From positions 104,282 through 154,993 of the forward strand of contig CBFHKU010000006.1 of the NCBI GenBank assembly GCA_965656495.1: a stretch of DNA of 50,712 bases, given 5' to 3'. The notes under the pieces are model-generated. The model made no database searches and had not been told where the DNA came from. It saw only the letters and a list, made by a program, of their open reading frames with translations. The translations under genes were made by a program, and so were the position numbers. This document shows, piece by piece, positions 41,458 through 50,578 of the stretch. Position 1 is the first letter of the stretch, and each line of letters begins with the position of its first letter. The stretch comes from Coraliomargaritaceae bacterium. GTDB taxonomy: Bacteria; Verrucomicrobiota; Verrucomicrobiia; Opitutales; Coraliomargaritaceae.

Positions 41458-42651
41458 ATGGCCACTCAAACTATCAAAGACGTCAACCTCGCCGGGCAGC
41501 GTGTGCTTGTTCGCTGCGACTTTAATGTTCCCCTGAAGGACGGGGCGGTTTCTGACGATTCCCGAATCGTGGCGGCGCTTCCCACGATTCGCCACCTCGT
41601 CGAACAGGGCGCCAAAGTTGTCCTTTGCAGCCACCTCGGTCGACCCAAAGGACAAAAGAATGCCGACTTCAGTCTTTCGCCTGTCGCCGAGGATCTAGCT
41701 GCCAAGCTCGGGCAACCGGTTACCTTTATCGAGGACTGCGTTGGTGCGGAGGTTGAAGCGGAGGTCGCGCAACTGGGCGACGGGGACATCGCCCTCCTTG
41801 AAAACGTGCGTTTCTACGAAGGCGAGGAGAAGAACGATCCGGAATTTGCGGCGTCCCTGGCGAAGCTCGCGGATGCATTTGTAAACGACGCCTTTGGTAC
41901 GGCCCACCGCGCACACGCCTCTACCGCAGGCGTTGCCGACCATCTCTCTCCCTGTGTTTGCGGTTTCCTGATCGAAAAAGAACTCGCCTACCTCGGTGAG
42001 AAGACTGCCAATCCCGAGCGTCCCTTTACCGTGATTCTCGGTGGTGCAAAGGTCTCTGATAAAATCAAAGTGATTGATGCCCTCCTGGAAAAAGCGGACA
42101 CCATCATCATCGGTGGTGCGATGGCCTACACCTTCGCGCTTGCGGAAGGCCGGGCGATTGGCGAATCCCTCAGCGAACCGGATCATATCGCAACCGCGCA
42201 AGCCGCGCTGGATAAAGCCAAAGCCAAAGGCGTTAAGTTCCTCCTCCCTCTGGATAATCTCGCGGTTAAGGATCTCGACTTTGGTGCCGGCACCGTCGGT
42301 GAATCCTCTTTCTTTGAGGGCAACATCGAGGATGGCTGGGAAGGCGTCGACATCGGCCCCAAGAGTATCGAGCTTTTCAAGGCGGAGGTCGCCGGAGCCA
42401 AGACCGTCCTCTGGAACGGTCCTATGGGAATCTTTGAAATCGACGCCTGCAACAAGGGCACCTTCGCCATTGCTGAAACCATCGCAGAGTCCGACGGCAT
42501 CTCCATCATCGGCGGCGGCGACTCCGTCAAAGCCATCAAGATGTCCGGTCACAGTGACAAGGTGACCTTCATGAGCACCGGCGGCGGCGCTTCCCTCGAA
42601 TTCCTTGAAGGCAAGGAACTGCCCGGCGTTTCCGCCCTCGACCCAGCTTAA
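41458..42651 (+). CDS. pgk: Phosphoglycerate kinase
   Basis: RCDFNVP, SHLGRPKG, DAFGTAHRAHAS and STGGGASLEFLEG motifs. Confidence 0.98.
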   Translation: MATQTIKDVNLAGQRVLVRCDFNVPLKDGAVSDDSRIVAALPTIRHLVEQGAKVVLCSHLGRPKGQKNADFSLSPVAEDLAAKLGQPVTFIEDCVGAEVEAEVAQLGDGDIALLENVRFYEGEEKNDPEFAASLAKLADAFVNDAFGTAHRAHASTAGVADHLSPCVCGFLIEKELAYLGEKTANPERPFTVILGGAKVSDKIKVIDALLEKADTIIIGGAMAYTFALAEGRAIGESLSEPDHIATAQAALDKAKAKGVKFLLPLDNLAVKDLDFGAGTVGESSFFEGNIEDGWEGVDIGPKSIELFKAEVAGAKTVLWNGPMGIFEIDACNKGTFAIAETIAESDGISIIGGGDSVKAIKMSGHSDKVTFMSTGGGASLEFLEGKELPGVSALDPA

Positions 42652-42680
42652 AAATACCATACACATAAACTAAAATAATT

Positions 42681-43457
42681 ATGAGCCACTCACGTAAATA
42701 TCTCATCGCCGGTAACTGGAAGATGAACCTCAATTCCGCCGAAGGCGCCGAGTTAGCGCAGGACGTTGCCGGTCTCGTCGGGCAACAGACCGAGGTCACC
42801 GTCTGCCTATGCCCCACCTTTACCACGCTTGAATCCGTTTCCCGCGTCGTTAACGAGTCCAACCTCGCACTCGGTGCGCAAAACATGCACTTCGAAGCCT
42901 CCGGTGCCTATACCGGTGAAATCTCCGCCGAGATGCTCCGTCATCTCTTTGCCAGCTTCGTGATCCTCGGGCACTCGGAGCGCCGTGAATATTTTGGAGA
43001 AACCGACGCGATTGTGAACAAAAAGACCCTCGTCGCTTTGGAGGCGAACTTAAAGCCGATCGTCTGCGTAGGCGAGACCCTCGAGGAACGCGAGGCGGGC
43101 CGCATCTCAGAAGTCATTAAAACGCAAGTCGAGGGTGCTCTCGCCGGGGTCAACGCCGCACAGGCGGAGCACCTCGTGATTGCATACGAGCCCGTCTGGG
43201 CGATCGGCACTGGCAAGACCGCCACCCCCGAAATGGCGGAAGCGGTGCATGCCGAGATCCGGGCCCTCTTGACCGCCCTCTTTGGTGCAGAGGCTGCTGA
43301 AAAGGTTCGCATCCTCTACGGTGGTTCCATGAAGCCAGAAAATGCGGATGATCTGCTCGCGCAGCCCAATATCGACGGCGGACTCATCGGCGGTGCATCC
43401 CTCAAAGCCAGCGCCTTCGCCGGAATCGTCGAAAGCGCCCTCAAGCTTTCCAAGTAG
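42681..43457 (+). CDS. tpiA: Triosephosphate isomerase
   Basis: AGNWKMN, GHSERR, AYEPVWAIGTG, YGGS and GGASL motifs. Confidence 0.98.
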   Translation: MSHSRKYLIAGNWKMNLNSAEGAELAQDVAGLVGQQTEVTVCLCPTFTTLESVSRVVNESNLALGAQNMHFEASGAYTGEISAEMLRHLFASFVILGHSERREYFGETDAIVNKKTLVALEANLKPIVCVGETLEEREAGRISEVIKTQVEGALAGVNAAQAEHLVIAYEPVWAIGTGKTATPEMAEAVHAEIRALLTALFGAEAAEKVRILYGGSMKPENADDLLAQPNIDGGLIGGASLKASAFAGIVESALKLSK

Positions 43458-43481
43458 CACCCTCCTAAAATTACCACACCC

Positions 43482-43512
43482 AAGCCGGTCGGAGCCATCC
43501 GCCGGCTTTTTT
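43482..43512 (+). terminator. Intrinsic terminator after tpiA
   Basis: aagccggtcgga-gcca-tccgccggc followed by tttttt. Confidence 0.8.
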
Positions 43513-43556
43513 GTCGCTCGATTTTCTGCGCCCAATAGCATAGTAATAATAGAACT

Positions 43557-43952
43557 ATGGAAAACCAAGCCAGTCCCCATAAAGGCAAACGCGGCCTCAA
43601 GCGCATCTTCAACGCCTTCAATTATTCCCTTGAAGGTCTGGGTTCCACCCTGAAGCACGAATGCGCCTTTCGTCAGGAAGTCATCCTCGCGGCCATCCTC
43701 CTGCCGCTCTCGCTCGCCTTTAAACTCAGCCTCGTTGAGCACCTCATCCTCGTAGCCAGCCTCATCCTTGTGCTCATCGTGGAACTCATAAACTCCGCGA
43801 TCGAGGCCGTGGTAGATGATCATTCCTTGCGCGACCGCCCCCTTGCCAAACGCGCCAAAGACATCGGCAGCGCCGCCGTCCTTCTCAGTCTCCTGAATGC
43901 CTTCATCTGCTGGGTTGCGGTCCTTGCCGTCAATTGGAAACAACTGTTCTAG
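43557..43952 (+). CDS. dgkA: Diacylglycerol kinase
   Basis: YSLEGL, E.AFRQE, ELINSAIEAVVD and AKDIGSAAV motifs. Confidence 0.94.
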   Translation: MENQASPHKGKRGLKRIFNAFNYSLEGLGSTLKHECAFRQEVILAAILLPLSLAFKLSLVEHLILVASLILVLIVELINSAIEAVVDDHSLRDRPLAKRAKDIGSAAVLLSLLNAFICWVAVLAVNWKQLF

Positions 43953-43966
43953 TCCCCACACCCTCC

Positions 43967-44419
43967 ATGCTTCACCTGATCCTTTTTAACCCCGAGATCC
44001 CACAGAATACCGGCAACATCGGGCGCCTCTGCGCGATCACTCAAAGCCGCCTCCACCTCATTCACCCGCTCGGCTTCAACATCACCGATAAACAAATCCG
44101 TCGCAGCGGGATGGACTACTGGCACGACCTCGATATCCATCACCACGATGACTGGAACGCCTTCCGCGCCAGCCCCGGGGGCCCCAAGCGAATCTGGCTT
44201 TTCACCACCAAGGCCGAAAACCTGTATTGGGATGTTGAATACACAGATGGCGACGGGCTTCTCTTCGGAAACGAAGGACACGGCGCCCCGGAATGGTTAC
44301 ACCAGGAACTTCAGAGCAACCGCATCACCATCCCACAAGCCAATCCCGAGTTGCGCTCCCTCAACCTTTCCACCGCTGCCGGCATCGCCACTTACGAGGC
44401 CCTGCGTCAAATCCGCTGA
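43967..44419 (+). CDS. trmL: tRNA (cytidine/uridine-34 2'-O)-methyltransferase, SPOUT family
   Basis: PEIPQNTGNIGR, RRSGMDYW, FGNE..G and RSLNLS motifs; start ATG 43967. Confidence 0.93.
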   Translation: MLHLILFNPEIPQNTGNIGRLCAITQSRLHLIHPLGFNITDKQIRRSGMDYWHDLDIHHHDDWNAFRASPGGPKRIWLFTTKAENLYWDVEYTDGDGLLFGNEGHGAPEWLHQELQSNRITIPQANPELRSLNLSTAAGIATYEALRQIR

Positions 44420-44563
44420 GAGAGTTGTGGGGGTTGTTCGTTGGGATTACTCTTAATCTTACGCTTAATCGTAATCTTACTCTTAGGAACATCGAACGTT
44501 GTGGGGCGAGCACTTCCAACAATCAACTAACAACATTCAACTCCACACTCTTAATCTTTATCT

Positions 44564-44589
44564 CGTGGAAGCGGCAATCCTGCCGCTTT
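44564..44589. repeat. REP-like palindrome (GTGG type)
   Basis: cgtgg-aagcggca-atcc-tgccgctt. Confidence 0.7.
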
Positions 44590-44795
44590 GGAATCAAGGT
44601 TTTGTTTTCACCACCGAGGCGCGGAGAACACGGAGATTAATTGGTGGGAAAGTATGAAAGTTGGAAGGTATGAAAGTTGAAGTTTGGCGTTCGATGTTGG
44701 ACGTTTTTCCGGTGCTCTGCCCTGAGGCCAGCTTAGCTGGCGACCGCTAATGGGCGCTTATTTTCGCTGATCTTAATAAGAAAAGGGTTGTATCA

Positions 44796-44867
44796 CGTGG
44801 AAGCGACAATCTTGTCGCTTTGCTTGGGCGGCTTGGGTTGAAAAGCGACAGGATTGTCGCTTCCACG
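44796..44867. repeat. REPIN-like inverted doublet of the same REP family
   Basis: cgtggaagcgacaatcttgtcgcttt ... aaagcgacaggattgtcgcttccacg. Confidence 0.78.
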
Positions 44868-44905
44868 GCCGGTGGTTGAACATCGAACGTTGAAGGGGAT
44901 TAATT

Positions 44906-44993
44906 GGTGTGAAAGTATGAAGGTGTGAAAGTATGAAGGTGTGAAAGTATGAAGGTGTGAAAGTGGGAAGGTGTAGAGGTGTGAAAGTATGAA
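44906..44993. repeat. Tandem 16-bp (2x8) repeat ggtgtgaaagtatgaa
   Basis: Three perfect units (44906-44953), a variant, a half unit and a further perfect unit (44978-44993); shorter related tract near 44643-44680. Confidence 0.9.
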
Positions 44994-45089
44994 AGTTGAA
45001 GTTCGGCGTTCGATGTTCAGTGTTCGATGTTGGACGTTCTTCCGGTGCGCTCCCATGCCGGCTCTATGGAATTGCATCGCGCTGAGGCA

Positions 45090-46388
45090 CTAACGCAAAT
45101 CCACCCGGATCCCCTCAGCAATACGCTCGCTGCTGCCGCCATTCCGCGCGTGCCAGGCACGACCCGCCGCGCCCATTTCTGCACGTGCCGCCGGATCGCC
45201 CGCCAGTTCCAAAACCGCGTCCCGCAGACCCGCCGCATCATGAATCACCCGCGCCGCACCACATCCCTGCAACACCCGCGCCACATCCTTGAAATTGCTC
45301 ATCCGGGGCCCAAATAGAATCGGCAGGCCCAGAGCCGCTGATTCAATCGGATTCTGCCCGCCTTCATTGGGATCCAGACTCTTGCCGATAAAGACCAGAT
45401 CCGCGATCTGGGTCAAACGCGACAACTCACCGGTTGTATCTGCCAGATAAATCAAAGTTCCCGGAGCCGCTTGTCGCTCAAGCGAACGTTGATGCCAGGC
45501 AAGCGATTGCCCGTTCAATTCCTTCGCCACACTGCGGCCCCGCTCCGCATGACGCGGCACCAGCAAGAGGCGGCAGTCCACCCCCGTGTCCCTCAAAGCC
45601 GCCTGTGCCTCAAGTAAAGCGGTTTCCTCGCCCGGCCAGGTCGAAGAACCCAGCAACACAAAAGCCCCCTCATTATCAAAGCCCAATTCAGTGCGCAGTT
45701 CCGCCCGCGCCGCCGCATCCAGTTCCTCCGGGCATGCCGCGTCAAATTTCACATTCCCCGCACAGGTCACCTTCACGGCATCGCCCCCCAATTCAAGAAT
45801 CCGTTGCTGGTCCCGCTCACTCGAAGTGTAAATATGATCCAGTTGCGCAAAAAGCCATGCCGCCAAATGCCCCACCCGTCCATAACGTGCGAAACTCCGG
45901 TCCGACATCCGCGCATTGATCAAAATCGCGGGCACCCCCCGCACCCGCGCCTGATGCAAATGCTCCGGCCACAACTCGCTCTCCATCAGAACCACTGCAT
46001 CCGGACGAATCCGGCGCCACGCCAGCGCCGCGCACGGCCAAAAATCCAACGGAAAAATCCCCAACTGCGCCACCTTGCCTGCATAGCGTTCACGTGCCGC
46101 CGCATAGCCCGTGCTCGTCGTGGTTGTCAAAACAACCTCCACCTGCCCATTCCGCTGCAGCGATTCAACCAAAGGCCCCACCGCCAGCACCTCGCCCACA
46201 CTCACCGCCTGCAGCCAAACCCGCTTGCACTCCGGCCCCGTGGACTCCAAACGCGGCAAAAACCCCAGGCGATGCTTGAAATCACGCGCATAGCCCCCCC
46301 GCCGCCACATTCGCAAGCCATAGTACGGCAAGGCCAGCAAAAGCAGTGGAATAAAAATGAGGCGATAGAGCAGAATCATGAACCCCAA
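45090..46388 (-). CDS. waaA: 3-deoxy-D-manno-octulosonic acid transferase
   Basis: WLQAVSVGE, ESELWP, INARMS, LVPRHAER, DTTGEL and GGQNPIE motifs. Confidence 0.95.
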   Translation of the reverse strand: MGFMILLYRLIFIPLLLLALPYYGLRMWRRGGYARDFKHRLGFLPRLESTGPECKRVWLQAVSVGEVLAVGPLVESLQRNGQVEVVLTTTTSTGYAAARERYAGKVAQLGIFPLDFWPCAALAWRRIRPDAVVLMESELWPEHLHQARVRGVPAILINARMSDRSFARYGRVGHLAAWLFAQLDHIYTSSERDQQRILELGGDAVKVTCAGNVKFDAACPEELDAAARAELRTELGFDNEGAFVLLGSSTWPGEETALLEAQAALRDTGVDCRLLLVPRHAERGRSVAKELNGQSLAWHQRSLERQAAPGTLIYLADTTGELSRLTQIADLVFIGKSLDPNEGGQNPIESAALGLPILFGPRMSNFKDVARVLQGCGAARVIHDAAGLRDAVLELAGDPAARAEMGAAGRAWHARNGGSSERIAEGIRVDLR

Positions 46389-46614
46389 CAGATATGAGCA
46401 AGCCTCCCCCGTTTTCCAAGGTTCTTTTCTTATTACTCATGACCTGTAGGGGTAAGGTTCGCTCTGCAAACGCTAGCAGACAATGAAGGAAAATCCGTTC
46501 AAAGATTTGAATATTAATGCCGTAAACGCCGGAACAAGGTTGGAACTATTGACAGCATCCAGTCGCGTCTGATATCAATTACGCCTCAAACAGTCCGTTA
46601 CGCCTTCATTTATT

Positions 46615-47310
46615 ATGCACCCCACCAAGCCAAGCTCTCGAAATTCGCAACGCAAACATTCTTCAAAGACCGGGTTCACCTTGATCGAACTCTTAGTGGT
46701 CATCGCAGTGGTGGGGGTACTGGTGAGTATCACTTTCGGGGTATCGCGGGGCGTGCAGAGCGCCCGTTCACGTGCCCTCGCAAAAGCGGAGTTATCGGTC
46801 CTTGCGCAGGCGCTGGAACAATTCAAGTCGCGTTACGGCGATTACCCCTGGCATGATTCGGGCGCCGGCGACTACCCCACACCCAGCGGGGGTGACGAGA
46901 ACAATACCATGCTGCTCTATGCCCTGACCGGGCGCATGGAAATGGAACGGGTTACCAACGGTAGCGGTGGAACCAAGGTGGAAATTTCAAAAGTGGATGA
47001 TAAACTGGATGATGCTACCGTGATCAACCGACCGCAGTTCATTGAGACCAGTAAATTTAAAACCAGCGGCGACCTCAACGAACCCAACCAACTAATCGAT
47101 CCCTGGGGAAATCCCTACATCTATATGTATAAAACGGAGGGAAGCTCCAATGATTGGGAGGTCTACGGTTACCACCTTTATTCAACCGGACCCAACGGTG
47201 CGGAAGCGAATGAAACCATCAAAGCCGAAATCGATGACTCAACCGGAGTGATGGATCCCGATATCAGGGAGACCGCCGATGCGGAGGGTATCATTTTTGC
47301 CGGGGAATAG
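46615..47310 (+). CDS. Prepilin-type N-terminal cleavage/methylation protein (GspG-like)
   Basis: GFTLIELLVVIAVVGVL, ALEQFKSRYGDYP, DPWGNPY and LYSTGPNG motifs. Confidence 0.9.
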   Translation: MHPTKPSSRNSQRKHSSKTGFTLIELLVVIAVVGVLVSITFGVSRGVQSARSRALAKAELSVLAQALEQFKSRYGDYPWHDSGAGDYPTPSGGDENNTMLLYALTGRMEMERVTNGSGGTKVEISKVDDKLDDATVINRPQFIETSKFKTSGDLNEPNQLIDPWGNPYIYMYKTEGSSNDWEVYGYHLYSTGPNGAEANETIKAEIDDSTGVMDPDIRETADAEGIIFAGE

Positions 47311-47411
47311 CATCGGGTATTTGAATATTTAAGCCGAGGGCTGCCAAGGCGCCGCATCTATCGCTTCACCAGCTTCGGCCACGAAGTATAACTCTCCAAG
47401 CCCGCCGCAAA

Positions 47412-47476
47412 AGAGTGATGACAGCGTAGCCGATTGTGCATCCCTGGAAAGGATGTGTACCGGAAACGGTGCCGAG
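47412..47476 (+). pseudogene. Decayed 5'/central copy of tRNA-Ser(GGA)
   Basis: 42-bp exact match (47429-47470 = 49010-49051) with a mutated 5' acceptor strand and no intact T-arm or 3' end. Confidence 0.85.
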
Positions 47477-47602
47477 CGTGAGGGTTGAGCCCGAGAAAGC
47501 AGATTAACTCGGACAAAACTGATTACTGAAACGATCCCTGAGGGATGCGTTCATGTGCATTCTCCGCCCCTTGAGGCGTTTTGATGCTTCCTGAAGGAAG
47601 AC

Positions 47603-48334
47603 TTATTGCTTTCTTCTGAATACGACTCGCGCTAAGGCAATCCCACCGCAAAGAAGCACGTAAATTGAGGGTTCGGGCACATTCGTAGCCGTTATCACGT
47701 CAGATATGTTCTCAATGCTGCTGTAATCCGAGTACTGGATACTTAATGAATTCGTATTAAAGTAATCATTGTCCGCATAATAATCAGAACCTGTGCTTCC
47801 ATTGGAAAAGTCAATCGTCGTCGCCAAAGATACGGTTTGTAAAACAAAATTCTCTTCTGGAAGCAGATTGAACTCCAATGCCAAACTGAGCGTCTCGCTG
47901 TGCGTGGACAGGTAGATGACGCTGTGCGTGGTGTTCGCATTTGAGTAAGAACTTATTTCAGACCCGTTTATTTTCACATCAATCAAGCCAGCATTGCCTC
48001 CATCGGTGAGATCGATCACGGGATTGACGGCCATACCACTTTTGAAACTGCTCAAACGAAAGGAAAGCCCCTTGGCATGGTTTAACTGAATGCCGCCGAA
48101 ATCATAAACGAACTCCAAGGATGCGGGGTTGCCTTGTCCGTAGCCATTCAGATTAAAACTGATGCCCTCTGACGGCTGGTTGTATTCAATCTTCTTACCG
48201 TAAGAATCATAATCCTCTTCAAGAGAAAACAAGTCCGGATTTATAGTGAGTACATTAGACACGGTTAAAGCTTCCAGAGAAAGACTTGCAAGGAGCAGCA
48301 GGCCAGCGAGTAGATTTAGATATTTATTTTTCAT
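47603..48334 (-). CDS. PEP-CTERM sorting-domain surface protein
   Basis: Signal peptide; C-terminal VPEPS plus hydrophobic helix plus RRKQ; lower GC than the core genes. Confidence 0.9.
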   Translation of the reverse strand: MKNKYLNLLAGLLLLASLSLEALTVSNVLTINPDLFSLEEDYDSYGKKIEYNQPSEGISFNLNGYGQGNPASLEFVYDFGGIQLNHAKGLSFRLSSFKSGMAVNPVIDLTDGGNAGLIDVKINGSEISSYSNANTTHSVIYLSTHSETLSLALEFNLLPEENFVLQTVSLATTIDFSNGSTGSDYYADNDYFNTNSLSIQYSDYSSIENISDVITATNVPEPSIYVLLCGGIALARVVFRRKQ

Positions 48335-48802
48335 GAGTTGGTAGTGTTAAGGATTTAGAATCGCTAAAGTTGTGATTCTAAGGGGGATAATCTAATCCGG
48401 CCCATTCAATGCAACTGCTATTTCAAACTCACAAAAAATAAGCAAAGGAGGCTTGATACAGGCAAGTTACTTACCCTCACAATCGACAATAAAAGACAAA
48501 TAGCATCAGCCAGGTCTGCCTTCATTGGTTCGCTGCATTTGCATGAAGTGCCGTTCAAAAATCAAGATACACTTGGTTTTGTTTTGAGTTATACCACCTG
48601 GATGTCATTGAGCAGACATGAAATCATTCGGAAATACTCAATCGAGCCAGGCTGTGGATCTCTTTCAATGATCCAATGCATCGAGCATGCAGGTCGATAT
48701 CTGCAATTATGGCGGCATTACTGATAGGAATTTGCTTTTTGGCGGCGCTAGTCGCCGGGGTTGAGGGTTGGGGATACGGGGCGCATTCAAAGTTTGGCGC
48801 GA

Positions 48803-48875
48803 TCAGGACATAGGTAACACTTTAGGTTCAAGACATAGGTAACACTCTGGTAGTTTTCGGTGACACTTTTTGTCA
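48803..48875. mobile_element. Probable IS481-like terminal remnant with no transposase
   Basis: tca(g/a)gacataggtaacact twice at 25-bp spacing (48803-48821, 48828-48846) plus partial ggtgacact; resembles the iterated binding sites of IS481-family ends. Confidence 0.5.
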
Positions 48876-48948
48876 GAAAGCGTTATCGCGGAGCAATGGC
48901 GCCGCCACCAATCCCGACCGAACCGCCCCCGCTTCCGACGCTTTATGA

Positions 48949-48975
48949 TTGACCCCCGCAGCCGCGAAGTATGTT
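48949..48975 (+). promoter_or_regulatory. Possible sigma70 promoter of tRNA-Ser
   Basis: TTGACC-15 nt-TATGTT, 17 nt upstream of the tRNA; spacing is suboptimal. Confidence 0.35.
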
Positions 48976-48992
48976 TCTAAAACCTCGGCATA

Positions 48993-49082
<90 letters not shown>

Positions 49083-49106
49083 TTTTAAAGAAAACATAAA
49101 CCACTG

Positions 49107-49140
49107 AAAAAGAGAAACTTATAAAAGGTTTCTCTTTTTT
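49107..49140 (+). terminator. Bidirectional-type terminator after tRNA-Ser
   Basis: aaaaagagaaac...gtttctctttttt inverted repeat. Confidence 0.75.
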
Positions 49141-49179
49141 GTTTTCAACATCCTATCCCTTGTATTATCCTTTTGGATC

Positions 49180-50454
49180 ATGAGGGAGTTGAAGAAACAC
49201 ACCATCTCCACCGTTGTTAACAAGAACGGGAAAACGTCCTTTCGTATCTACCTGGGTCTTTTCGACGGAAAAAGACGTTACAAACAGTTCATCGACTTCA
49301 AAAATGCAGAATCGTTTTGTTCCAAACTTAACCGAGATCTCGAACTGAAGAAAATCGGATATGACAAACAGTTCGGAAAAATGTTGGATCAGAAGAATGA
49401 GATTCTCTTCTGTCTCGAAAAGATCGAAGACCTTGGTGTCTCATTGACCGAGGTAGTTCAATTTTACGAGAAATTTGGTGAATGTTCAAAGGGGGATATC
49501 TCGATCGAGGATTCGATCAAGTTATTCAGGAAAGAGAAGGAGAAGACTGGAAAGAGTAAGATTTACTTAGATAAATCCATACACAGTTACCTCTCCCCAT
49601 TTTCAACCCATGTTGGTCGTGAAACTTTGGTGTCTGGAATCAATGAAAAGATGATCGAGGACTACGTTTACAAGACTAGGAAAAATGTTTCCCCCAGAAC
49701 AAAGGTTAATCTGATCAATCAACTATCGATCCTCTTCAATTTTTTGATCAAGAAGGGTCACCTGAAATTCAATCCGACACAAAATATTGAGAGACCAAAA
49801 GTTCTGAAAAAGAAACCGACCATCATTAAAGTCGGTGATCTTCGTAAACTATTGGATCGTGGTCTGAAAGATGGGAAATTCGAAGAAGTGACAATCTTAG
49901 TCCTCCAGTGTTTCTGTGGTGTTCGATCTTATGAATCTGGTCGAATGGTGTGGGGAGATATTGATTGGAATCGGAAAGTAGTTCAGGTAAGGTCTGAGGT
50001 ATCAAAGATGTCGAGTCATCGAATCTGTAAGATTCCTCCCAATTGTTTTGAATTCCTACGAATCGTGAGGGAAAATCTCTTTATTCGAGTCAAAGACAAG
50101 GATCGGAGGATCATTAAGAATTTCGAACACCGTATGAGGAAGTTTCGAGGAGGTTTAGGAGTCGATCTTCCAACTAATATTCTCCGACATAGTTTCGGAT
50201 CCTATCACTTCTCTCGATGGGGAGATTCAAACAAGACCAGGAATCAGATGGGACATCACGAAGGAGAATTCACTTTCCTCAATCATTATCGGGACCTAGT
50301 TCACAAGGACATGTCAGTAAAGTATTTTGACATCTATCCCTTCAATACCACCGAGAAAACATTCCGGTATGATCCTGAGAAACACATCGTGACTGGTCCT
50401 CGTGATCGAGTTACCCAAACTGGGCCAGAGCTTTCGTTAGTCTGGATGGGTTAA
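49180..50454 (+). CDS. Tyrosine recombinase/integrase of a tRNA-Ser-integrated element (last 16 aa read from the inserted IS end)
   Basis: GVRSYE (R), NILRHSFGSYH, QMGH and NHYR (Y) motifs; NP....RPK linker; immediately downstream of the tRNA. Confidence 0.93.
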   Translation: MRELKKHTISTVVNKNGKTSFRIYLGLFDGKRRYKQFIDFKNAESFCSKLNRDLELKKIGYDKQFGKMLDQKNEILFCLEKIEDLGVSLTEVVQFYEKFGECSKGDISIEDSIKLFRKEKEKTGKSKIYLDKSIHSYLSPFSTHVGRETLVSGINEKMIEDYVYKTRKNVSPRTKVNLINQLSILFNFLIKKGHLKFNPTQNIERPKVLKKKPTIIKVGDLRKLLDRGLKDGKFEEVTILVLQCFCGVRSYESGRMVWGDIDWNRKVVQVRSEVSKMSSHRICKIPPNCFEFLRIVRENLFIRVKDKDRRIIKNFEHRMRKFRGGLGVDLPTNILRHSFGSYHFSRWGDSNKTRNQMGHHEGEFTFLNHYRDLVHKDMSVKYFDIYPFNTTEKTFRYDPEKHIVTGPRDRVTQTGPELSLVWMG

Positions 50455-50578
50455 TGATGTGTTCTAAGTTGTAGAGTAAGTCAATGCTGGGGCGCAGGGA
50501 GGGCGTAGCCCGACCGGAGGCCCAGCATTGGGTTGGTGGTTCTTCTTTGATCTCCTCCTGAGCAAACTCAAGAGGCGT
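50403..50578 (-). mobile_element. Right end of an IS3-family element with transposase C-terminal fragment
   Basis: Terminal TG; minus-strand frame 50578-50411 reads TPLEFAQEE...ASGRATPSLRP...RLTKALAQFG*, like an IS3-family OrfB tail whose stop lies in the IR. Confidence 0.7.

Noticed and set aside
44906..44993. CRISPR array or the 94-aa ORF 44793-45077
   Set aside because: The units are contiguous with no unique spacers, and the ORF is just a translation of the repeat (HTFILS-like).
48539..48724. 61-aa ORF between the PEP-CTERM gene and the tRNA
   Set aside because: It has a TTG start and no recognisable motif; I cannot support it as a gene or pseudogene.
49180..50454. Low alanine explained by low GC content alone
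   Set aside because: The TA islet and PEP-CTERM gene are similarly AT-rich yet have many GpC sites and Ala residues. The integrase keeps plenty of Gly, Arg and Pro codons and CpG.
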